Positions 9,355-16,441 of a DNA stretch of 23,172 bases are shown here, one piece after another. Every line of letters starts with the position of its first letter. The first letter of the stretch is position 1. A program made the translations under genes and the position numbers. The stretch covers positions 1 through 23,172 of the forward strand of contig JBGTFK010000070.1 in NCBI GenBank assembly GCA_041747305.1. The letters are read 5' to 3'. This DNA is from Candidatus Nitrosocosmicus sp. (GTDB taxonomy: Archaea; Thermoproteota; Nitrososphaeria; Nitrososphaerales; Nitrososphaeraceae). Below the pieces are notes generated by a model. It did no database searches, was not told the DNA's origin, and was given only the letters and a program-made list of their open reading frames with translations.

Positions 9355-9691
9355 TTATCGAGTTTTGGGAAATTATGGTTATGATTTAACCAAATTATAA
9401 ATAATTTGTCTAAATCGTGGTCATTTTTTGTTTTACTATCCATACCCATATTCAATAGTATATTGTCAAAAACTATTTAAATCAATTTTTTTGGCATTGT
9501 ATCAAGAAAACTTTTTCTATGCTATTATCTCAGCTTTTCTAACAATTACCCATGAGAAGAGGTTCGGTAACTTCTCACAGGTGAAAGATACTGGCTGAAA
9601 TTACTCAAATAAAGCAATGTTGATTTAGAATTTAAGCTTTAAGGGAATTAAGTTCTAATATAAATAGCTATTAAGGAGGAGAACGTATATT

Positions 9692-9868
9692 TCACTTGGA
9701 ATCTTTGGAAGGATTAGTTCCAAAGATTCTAAGGGCGACATACAGTCCAATGCCAGCACCTAAAAACAAAGCACCTTTGAAAATTAGCACGTTGGCTAAT
9801 TTCTCTAGGGGAAAGATGTTTGGTGATTGACTCCTATGTCCTTTATGGTTTGATGTTAAAAACATCAT
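9692..9868 (-). CDS. Possible small single-pass membrane protein (below the ORF-track length cutoff)
   Basis: The minus strand reads MMFLTSNHKGHRSQSPNIFPLEKLANVLIFKGALFLGAGIGLYVALRIFGTNPSKDSK*, with one clear TM helix. AAGGAAGG lies just upstream of the ATGATG. Confidence 0.3.
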   Translation of the reverse strand: MMFLTSNHKGHRSQSPNIFPLEKLANVLIFKGALFLGAGIGLYVALRIFGTNPSKDSK

Positions 9869-9928
9869 CCTTCCTTAACTGGAAGGATATATTATTCTTT
9901 TGATTAGTAACGAAATCTATTTATTGGG

Positions 9929-10108
9929 CTACTTATAAATTGGTTCTACTATTATATTATTATCCTTTACAATAAATTTAATAGAACTTGGATTTCCAAG
10001 TATCTCGATAACTGGTTTAGGAATAGAACTTGAATACCCTCTGCCCTCTACATAGTTTACACCAACTTCAAATTCTTTGGTATCTTTTTTCCACTTTGGC
10101 ACATTCAT
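9929..10108 (-). CDS. AbrB/SpoVT-like small DNA-binding protein (putative regulator of the IS)
   Basis: The track ORF extends to 10192, but the first 28 codons overlap the promoter and repeat region. ATG 10108 gives the 59-aa MNVPKWKKDTKEFEVGVNYVEGRGYSSSIPKPVIEILGNPSSIKFIVKDNNIIVEPIYK. The IPKxVIExLG...I.....I pattern is typical of swapped-hairpin AbrB/MazE-type domains. Confidence 0.5.
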   Translation of the reverse strand: MNVPKWKKDTKEFEVGVNYVEGRGYSSSIPKPVIEILGNPSSIKFIVKDNNIIVEPIYK

Positions 10109-10116
10109 ATAATTGA

Positions 10117-10175
10117 TATCTACGTATATAACAATATCTTTATATCTACGTAGTTTGTATTTATCTACGTAGATA
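10117..10175. promoter_or_regulatory. Divergent control region with three TATCTACGTA repeats
   Basis: TATCTACGTA occurs at 10117-10126, 10143-10152 and 10162-10171. The third copy is part of the perfect 14-bp palindrome TATCTACGTAGATA (10162-10175), which overlaps the A of the transposase ATG. TATA-like CTTTATATC lies at 10138-10146 (+). The minus-strand TTATATAC around 10124-10131 faces the AbrB-like gene. Confidence 0.6.
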
Positions 10176-11287
10176 TGAGCAAATACCAACAAGTAAACTG
10201 TGAAAAATCTGGTAAGTTATTACAAAACAATGTGAGAAGGATTGACGATAAAAACTATAAAGTTAAATCCTCTAGCGGAAGCATAACCTACTCTATCCTT
10301 GCCACAACAATTGGTTGGATTTGTTCATGTCCTGACCAAATGTTTAGGGGTGTCAAATGCAAGCACGTCTATGCTGTCGAGTTTAGCCTTGAACTTCGAA
10401 AGGCCGTTGAGATAAGGTATATAACTGAAGTTGTTATTAGCGGTTGCAAATACTGTAGTTCTGATTTAGTTGTAAAATGTGGTTTAAGGAAAAATAAGCA
10501 TGGTGATTTACAAAAGTTCCTCTGTAAGGACTGTAACCGATGCTTTACTATCAATCTGGGCTTTGAGAGAATGAAACACAATTCCCACGGGATTACAACT
10601 GCAATACAACTCTATTTTAGCGGTGAATCTTTGAGAAATACTGCTCATTCTCTCAAGTTGTTGGGAGTAGACGTTAGCCATCAAACAATCTACAATTGGA
10701 TTGAAAAGTACACTAAATTAATGGACAAATATCTTGAGAAAATCACCCCCAAGGTTTCAACTGCTTGGAGAACGGATGAGCTCTACTTGAAGGTAAAGGG
10801 CAACAAGATATATCTTTATGCTCTCATGGACGATGAGACAAGGTTCTGGATAGCCCAACAGGTAGCAGAGACAAAATATGATGCTGACATAAAGCCCATG
10901 TTCAAGAGAGGAAAGGAACTAGCAGGCATAAAACCGCTTACTCTGATTAGCGATGGTGCTCCTAACTTTCATACAGCCTATAAAAAAGAATTTCAAACTC
11001 ATATACTACCAAGAACAAAACATATCCGACACATACGAGTACAGGGCGACCATAATAACAACAAGATGGAAAGAATGAATGGTGAAATCAGGGACAGGGA
11101 GAAAACCATGAGGGGATTAAAGAAGTCTGACACGCCAATCCTTAGAGGCCTGCAAATCTACCACAACTATATTCGAGAGCATGAAGCCCTGAAAGGACAG
11201 ACACCAGCCGAGAAATGCGGTATTAAGGTAGGAGGTAAGAACAAGTGGAAGACGTTGATTGAAAATGCTTCTGATTCTCAGCTATAA
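10175..11287 (+). CDS. IS6-family DDE transposase with N-terminal SWIM-type and zinc-ribbon fingers
   Basis: 370 aa, intact. SWIM-like CSCPDQMFRGVKCKHVYAV. Ribbon CKYCSS...CKDCNRCF. DDE region WRTDELYLKVKGNKIYLYALMDD ... LISDGAPNFHTAY ... NNNKMERMNGEIRDREKTMRGLK ... HEALKGQTPAEKCGI. Confidence 0.9.
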   Translation: MSKYQQVNCEKSGKLLQNNVRRIDDKNYKVKSSSGSITYSILATTIGWICSCPDQMFRGVKCKHVYAVEFSLELRKAVEIRYITEVVISGCKYCSSDLVVKCGLRKNKHGDLQKFLCKDCNRCFTINLGFERMKHNSHGITTAIQLYFSGESLRNTAHSLKLLGVDVSHQTIYNWIEKYTKLMDKYLEKITPKVSTAWRTDELYLKVKGNKIYLYALMDDETRFWIAQQVAETKYDADIKPMFKRGKELAGIKPLTLISDGAPNFHTAYKKEFQTHILPRTKHIRHIRVQGDHNNNKMERMNGEIRDREKTMRGLKKSDTPILRGLQIYHNYIREHEALKGQTPAEKCGIKVGGKNKWKTLIENASDSQL

Positions 11288-11313
11288 GGAAAAAGATTTA
11301 ATATGATGTTGTA

Positions 11314-11688
11314 TTGTCAAAATTAAAAAAAGCATTAATAAAGATTAGAGAGCATATATCTTTTCATCTTCCGATGAGACTTTATACTGTATGTAAAACT
11401 TGTAATCATAAGTTTTATGTAGCTAGTAATATAAAAATTCGTTCACAATTACCTAATTCATTTTATTTGACTTGTCCATATCATCATACTAATTCTTACA
11501 GTCCACAAGAAATTTTTGCAGAAACATCCGAAGGTAATATTACTATAGGTGGGGCATTGGTTGGTGGTATAATAGGATTAATTGCAGGGGGTATTGGCGC
11601 AATCGCCGGTGCGATTTTGGGAGGTGTACTTGGAGGAGGAAGAGAAAAATCGGATTCTGATGCTGTTACAAGGTTTAATGCAAGTTGA
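11314..11688 (+). CDS. Zinc-ribbon plus glycine-zipper membrane protein (passenger)
   Basis: 124 aa (TTG start). CKTC...x23...CPYHH followed by GGALVGGIIGLIAGGIGAIAGAILGGVLGGG, a glycine-zipper TM segment. Confidence 0.55.
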   Translation: MSKLKKALIKIREHISFHLPMRLYTVCKTCNHKFYVASNIKIRSQLPNSFYLTCPYHHTNSYSPQEIFAETSEGNITIGGALVGGIIGLIAGGIGAIAGAILGGVLGGGREKSDSDAVTRFNAS

Positions 11689-12050
11689 ATGATGTATTAC
11701 CATTCTTAAATTATATCATAATGGCTCTTGTATTTATGATAACAATATTGTATGTTTTCTTTAAAATTCATAGAAAAAATCCAAGCTTATTAAAACCTGC
11801 TTTAATTAAAGACGAAAATATAGACAATAGTGAAACAACTTATGAATGGAATCTAATTGCAAACATATTCATAATATGTCTTACATTTGCTGTGGGAATA
11901 GGGATAGTATCCAATCTTATAATATTCATGTTTACCGATAAATGGTATATTAATTCTGAAAGTACCTTTGTAATCATTATTATATTTATTATTTTTACAT
12001 TAAGAGAATTTGATAAATTTGTAACTAAGTTATTTAAAAATAGTCATTGA
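11685..12050 (+). CDS. Small polytopic membrane protein (passenger)
   Basis: 121 aa with three hydrophobic helices. Overlaps the previous stop by 4 nt (TTGA). The alternative start is ATG 11721. Confidence 0.5.
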   Translation: MNDVLPFLNYIIMALVFMITILYVFFKIHRKNPSLLKPALIKDENIDNSETTYEWNLIANIFIICLTFAVGIGIVSNLIIFMFTDKWYINSESTFVIIIIFIIFTLREFDKFVTKLFKNSH

Positions 12051-12149
12051 TACTATATGGGTAGAAATAAAAAATTTAATCCTTTTTTCATCTGACGGTT
12101 TTTTACAATCTCAAATTAGGTGTTGATATGACTACAAGTTGACAGAACC

Positions 12150-12424
12150 CTTTCTTTGGATTTATTATCTAAAAAAGTGCGAGAATTTGTCTGTTTTCAG
12201 GCTCAATTGCAACCCAAAGCCAGATAGATTCAGAACCAACTTTGATTAGTGTCTCATCAACAACATACTCTGTTATCTTCCTCCTACGATATAACAACTT
12301 TTGTGGATGGTACTTTTGAATCCAGTTCCAAATCGATACATGGCTTCGTTTGATAAAGAAAGCAAGTCTCTGGGAGGTTTATCTTAAGGATAAGCCTGAA
12401 AAATACAAATACAGACCATAGCAT
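12150..12424 (-). pseudogene. N-terminal half of the host IS6 transposase
   Basis: The minus strand reads MLWSVFVFFRLILKINSQRLAFFIKRSHVSIWNWIQKYHPQKLLYRRRKITEYVVDETLIKVGSESIWLWVAIEPENRQILAL..., carrying the first D of the DDE motif (VDETLIKV). Confidence 0.8.
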
Positions 12425-12618
12425 ACATACTTTGAAGGTATTCTGTTTCTGTTAATCATAAAAGAGATAGAGCATCTTCAAGCTATAGGCTTATCGTTAA
12501 GTGACCAGAGCCTTTTTTATATTATCACGACATAGTATTATTTTCGGTTAAAAACCCCAATTTTGGAGGTGCAAAAAAAGAATTTCCTTTGATTGATTTA
12601 ATTGATGGCCGAGAAGGA

Positions 12619-13988
12619 TTAGTAAAGTAATTTCCATATCAAATATGCTAGACCTTCTTTATGCAACAAACCAATATTTGCAACATCAATATCTTTGTGG
12701 TCCGCACTGGAGAGCAAAACAATACCTTTGTGAGTAGAGGGATTAAATGCAATTATGGAATTGTATCCGTCAGCGGTTATACCATTATGCCATACTACTT
12801 CGCTACCATAATTAGTATTTATCATCCATCCTAATCCGACATAAAATCCCTCGCCGCTATTGTTATCAGATACTTGGACATTGTTTGGTCCTAGGAATCC
12901 ATTATAGTGTCGAATTAAATGCGATTCTTGCATTGCTGTATCTAATTTTGTCTTAATCAATCCAATATTTGCGGAGACAAATTTTAGCATATCATTAACA
13001 GTAGAATATATTCCTCCACTAGGGGTAATTACAGGAGCTAGATTCCACAGAGGGAGTTCATCTCCATTAATATGTCCCACCGCCACATTAGATTTTTGTT
13101 CCTCTGACAAAGTGATGCTGGTATTTACCATACCTAGCACTGACAAAATCCTCCTTTCCAAGAGATCGTCATATGACATATTCGACTTTAAGGCTAAAAT
13201 GTTACCTAATAGTCCCGTACCAAAAGATGAATATCCAAATTTGGAACCAAATTCTGTTGAAATTGTAGTATTAGAAAGACTCTCGTATAGTTCGGAAGGC
13301 GAATACTCTTGAGAACACTCTATGATTTCCATTCGATATTCTGTGGTACGGTTGGCATCAAAGTTGTTCCAATAATCTTTACAAAAATTATCTGGGAATT
13401 CGGGCAATCCAGCAGTGTGGGTAGCTAGATTTTCCAAGGTCATATTTTGTGCACCATATTGCGGTACCGTCACATTGGTAGGCAAATACTTTTTTAAAGG
13501 ATCATCAAGTTTAATCAGTCCATCATCCATCATATCTGCAAGTAAGATTGTAGTGAATACTTTTGTGATAGAACCGATACCAAAAATTGTATTTTGGTCT
13601 GCTGTGGCGTTTGTTGATCCTGATTTATTACCGTAACCATAAAACTGGATTCCATTTGGATCTACATAACCTAAAACAACTGCAGTGTTTGTACTGTTGC
13701 TATTGGAGACAAGGCTTTTGACGCCATCCCTTATCTCGCCCGATATTCCGTTATTTGCTGATGAATTACCTACATTGTTTTGTGGTGTGGAATCTTTTTT
13801 GGTGGATTTGTTATATTTGGAAATGAACCATACCCAGAATTTGTAATACTAGTAGTTAATAATACAATTGAAATTATCCCTACGAAAAATAACATAAACA
13901 ATTTTGTTGAAAAAGGAATCGAAATCAAGATACAATTTGCTAATAGCAATGGTATATATGCATTTGTGATTTGTGGTCCACCAATCAT
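12619..13988 (-). pseudogene. Beta-lactamase-fold serine hydrolase (class C / esterase-like, PF00144-type), frameshifted
   Basis: The 304-aa ORF is a C-terminal part only. The same frame stays open upstream to ~13850 and encodes ...FGIGSITKVFTTILLADMMDDG, with the SxxK nucleophile motif, but has no start codon. The signal/anchor ORF 13770-13988 (...MLFFVGIISIVLLTTS...) is in another frame. The frames meet at a T6 run (13795-13800). Confidence 0.75.
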
Positions 13989-14258
13989 AAAGAAAAATTT
14001 GAACCGGATATTTTTGAGGCCTACTTATTTTTCCAGATTAATATCTAACTTTACTATCGAGTTAATCTATTAGAATAATTATTATTTTATTGATTATGTT
14101 GCAGAAAGGATTTTCCAATTAAAAAACTTGGAAAAGTAATCTCCTGAGACGAAAAGTAAATTATTTGTAATAGAAGAAAATGTCATTAAAGATATCTACA
14201 AAAGAAATACAGTATCGAGTGAACTAACTTGGATATAGTCTATTAGACTTAATAAAAT

Positions 14259-14540
14259 GTGAATAATAAACACATTAGCAAAACCATGGTCTATGCTATT
14301 GTCACTGCCTTCATGTTAAGTTCGTTTGTCCTTTCAGATAGCAATAAAGTCTTTGCTTTCCTTGGTTTCAATTTCTTTGGATCGGGTGAAGAAGATCAAA
14401 CCTCTACAACGACTTCACAAAGCTCCACCTCTTTACAAGATGCACGGTGTTACTCTCCCACTGGTAGTATTATAGATTCTTGTAACTCTGGTGATCTGTC
14501 AGCTAGTGAAAACACAGGCTATAATTCATTAGGTCAATAA
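14259..14540 (+). CDS. Small secreted Ser/Thr-rich protein
   Basis: 93 aa (GTG start; alternative ATG at codon 10). Signal peptide MVYAIVTAFMLSSFVLSDSNKVFA. Low-complexity STTTSQSSTS segment and two Cys. Confidence 0.5.
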   Translation: MNNKHISKTMVYAIVTAFMLSSFVLSDSNKVFAFLGFNFFGSGEEDQTSTTTSQSSTSLQDARCYSPTGSIIDSCNSGDLSASENTGYNSLGQ

Positions 14541-14552
14541 CAATAGACTACA

Positions 14553-14565
14553 TTTTTCTTTTTTT
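14553..14565 (+). terminator. Oligo-T tract (archaeal-type terminator candidate)
   Basis: TTTTTCTTTTTTT lies 13 nt after the stop at 14540. Confidence 0.35.
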
Positions 14566-14916
14566 AAGTTTCTAATCTTGAAAACAAAATATTTTGTTCT
14601 AAACCATAAGCAAGGATCTGTCATTAAATTAAGTTTTTAAACAAATCTAATTGAAATCAAGATTCTAATATAGATCCCACAAATTCTACTTTAACGATCC
14701 ATCACTTGTCTAAATCCCAACTATACTTCTTTTTTTAAAACTGGTCATTCTGTATACTATTTAAATTAACATCAATAAAATTCACTAAGAGACGTAATAG
14801 AATTGGAATTTGTTTTATTCACAATCTCTTTCTTTCCTAGCCCATCAGACAACCCTATAACAGGGCATTAATAATTAGACAATCTCTTCAAAATCTTTTA
14901 AGAACTACGATAAACT

Positions 14917-14934
14917 AGTATGAAATTTCATACT
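14917..14934. repeat. Perfect 18-bp palindrome AGTATGAAATTTCATACT
   Basis: Self-complementary with no loop. Lies in intergenic DNA about 90 nt downstream of the minus-strand gene ending at 15025. Confidence 0.7.
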
Positions 14935-15024
14935 CATTCCACTGACTCATTCCACATATGAAAGATAATCCGGAAGAACCAGAATTAAAATATTCTATTC
15001 AAAGAATGATTCTAAATATCTGTT

Positions 15025-15285
15025 TTAATTAATGGTATTTGTAGTAGTAGATGTAGAATTATCGTCTGCAGGACTATTGGTATTTGTAGTGGTCGTTGTA
15101 GTGAATTCGCTACCATTGCCTACTTGACCATTATTTGTACTGTTTGACATATCAGTTGCAGAGTCAAAGGTATTTTCTATTTGGTCATTTACTGATTCAT
15201 TTATTATATCAAAAGGGCTCTGTGCATAAGCTGTCTGTAGTAAAAATACAAACAACATGGGCAAAAGTATTAAAATAATATTCAT
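15025..15285 (-). CDS. Small secreted Thr/Asn-rich protein
   Basis: 86 aa. Signal peptide MNIILILLPMLFVFLLQTAYAQ, acidic middle, TTTTTNTNS...STSTTTN tail. Confidence 0.6.
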   Translation of the reverse strand: MNIILILLPMLFVFLLQTAYAQSPFDIINESVNDQIENTFDSATDMSNSTNNGQVGNGSEFTTTTTTNTNSPADDNSTSTTTNTIN

Positions 15286-15356
15286 AGTATATTATAGATT
15301 TTATTGCTTATATAGATGATTAACCAGTTATTGCCTAATACTTTTATCTTCAAGCC

Positions 15357-15521
15357 TTATCCTGTATAAAAGGATTCTAATGCTAATTCAATAGATTCTT
15401 TCATATTTGCTTCAAGTTCTTCAACTGTTTCACCATCGCTTATTGCAGCAGGTATTTCAAGGCATTGGACACTATATCCTCCTTCCGGTGCTTTCTGTAT
15501 TAAATTGTAAATTATGTCAAT
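15357..15521 (-). pseudogene. HicB-like (UPF0150) antitoxin-type domain without a canonical start codon
   Basis: The minus strand reads IDIIYNLIQKAPEGGYSVQCLEIPAAISDGETVEELEANMKESIELALESFYTG*. This resembles the HicB N-domain pattern (..GGY.....lPg....G.T.EEa..n.keai.l.le). The frame opens right after a TAG and contains no ATG, GTG or TTG. No HicA partner was seen. Confidence 0.35.
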
Positions 15522-15671
15522 CTACTTTATGTATATAAACAGCTCAGTATTTTTAATCTATTCTAAATTAATAGTTTGAACACAATTAGATTAAATTTTT
15601 TATTTTCTAATCAGATCATTCAGTATAGTTTGTTATCTTTGTAGATAGATTTATTCTTCTTTTTTATGTGA

Positions 15672-15728
15672 ACCCATGTGGATATCCAAACGATTTCCAC
15701 CGAACCAGATATCTATTTTAGTAACGAC
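15672..15728 (+). repeat. Cassette-boundary repeat, subfamily B, copy B1
   Basis: CCCATGTGGATATCCAAACGATTTCCACCGAACCAGATATCTATTTTAGTAACGAC. 10-bp palindrome TGGATATCCA at 15679-15688. Core CCACCGAACC at 15697-15706. Confidence 0.9.
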
Positions 15729-16001
15729 ATTAATATCAATCAGGATATCTTGTGTATTAAATTTCTAAGTTATTAAAAAGAAAATTAGGTCGGTTTGCGT
15801 TCTGATAATTTGGCATACTTGAACCTGATGCATGTTTTATTCGTATTTCAACAACGGTTATCCTCAGGATAATACACTGCTGTCCTGTTCTGTAGATTGT
15901 TCTTAAGGGATTGAAGAGTAAAAGTACATATTTCCTTTATCTGATTGTCCTACGTTACTACGAGTTTTCACGAACCTGGATGTATATATTGTTATTAAGA
16001 C

Positions 16002-16300
16002 CTAATGATGATTCTGCGGTTCGACAAAATTGACAAGCAGTTCTAGTTAAATTCTACTTGAACTCTTTTTTAGATCAGGGGAAAAAATAGATATCGCAAG
16101 TGATACTGTTTAGAGGCAAAGTATTGTCATATATATCAAATCCCATGCACGCTTGTGGCTGGCTCTTGGTGAAATATTTCTTGTTTTAATGTCCTGATAG
16201 TATCGGCTATAAATCTGGGATTTTCCTCCATTTTCAGTTCATAATTCGAATGCACTTTTGTATTTTGTATCTATGGTCAAAAATTTGCAAAAATAACACA
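16002..16300 (-). pseudogene. Heavily decayed IS6-family transposase relic
   Basis: Minus-strand fragments in shifting frames are EENPRFIADTIRTLKQ, PQACMGFDIYDN...CDIYFFP and LLVNFVEPQNHH*. They parallel ERNMLIAERFIADLVRN, PQACRFLKLDHH...FDDYFPC and NWLNLFVDHHNK of the 8472-8783 copy. Confidence 0.45.
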
Positions 16301-16441
16301 AACGTTAAATACTCATTACTATAATTGCGTATTACTAATGAGACAGATTAAAAAAACCTACTTTATTTATAAACAGAACGATGTAGGAACTGAACATAAA
16401 GAAATTATTAGGAGAGATCAAAACAAGGTGGATTTAATTAA

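Larger units (their letters stand above)
8784..12149 (+). mobile_element. 3.37-kb IS6-family element carrying passenger ORFs, nested in the host IS6 transposase gene
   Basis: 64-bp imperfect terminal inverted repeats, 8784-8847 against the reverse complement of 12086-12149. They are identical at 47/64 positions ungapped (hand count), including GGTTCTGTCAA at both tips. Perfect 8-bp target duplication CTTTCTTT at 8776-8783 and 12150-12157. Removing the element rejoins the two halves of the host transposase at ...KERN.... Confidence 0.85.
8464..12512 (-). mobile_element. IS6-family element ('host' copy), split by a nested insertion
   Basis: Terminal repeats GGCTCTGTTCACTTAACGG (8464-8482) and the reverse complement of 12494-12512, GGCTCTGGTCACTTAACGA (17/19). 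Perfect 8-bp direct repeat TTTTTTAT at 8456-8463 and 12513-12520. An 8-bp duplication and a GG(C/T)TCTG terminus are IS6-family hallmarks. Confidence 0.85.

Noticed and set aside
9560-9580. GGTTCGGTAAC inside the nested IS as a reverse-oriented repeat core
   Set aside because: The match to the reverse complement of ACCGAACC is only 8-9 nt with no flanking similarity, which is likely chance.
9942-9950. GGTTCTACT as an alternative left end of the inner IS6
   Set aside because: The match to the IR tip is only 7-8 nt, and it lies inside the AbrB-like ORF. The 64-bp repeat at 8784 with a perfect TSD is the true partner of the right end.
10369-10581. Minus-strand ORF inside the IS6 transposase gene
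   Set aside because: Antisense to an intact, motif-rich transposase.
13112-14073. Plus-strand ORFs 13112-13312, 13415-13636 and 13780-14073
   Set aside because: Antisense to the serine-hydrolase gene and its N-terminal anchor. The hydrolase frame carries the SxxK motif and family-wide similarity, and these do not.
15672-15728. The repeats as canonical integron attC sites
   Set aside because: I could not find the R''(RYYYAAC)/R'(GTTRRRY) pair or the imperfect L''/L' palindrome. GTTACTA on the reverse strand does not fit GTTRRRY. Only the array architecture is integron-like.
15672-15728. The repeats as solo IS6 terminal repeats (the reverse complement starts GGTTCGGTGG, like the IS6 end GGTTCTG)
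   Set aside because: Conservation continues well past the would-be terminus (AGATAT...TAGTAAC), and similarity to the real IS6 ends beyond GGTTC is weak.
16276-16330. GGTCAAAAATTTGCAAAAATAACACAAACG, 165 nt upstream of the MCO, as a ninth (A-type) repeat copy
   Set aside because: Only the first ~12 nt (GGTCAAA..TTTG) match subfamily A. The CCACCGAAC core and TAGTAAC are not recognisable.
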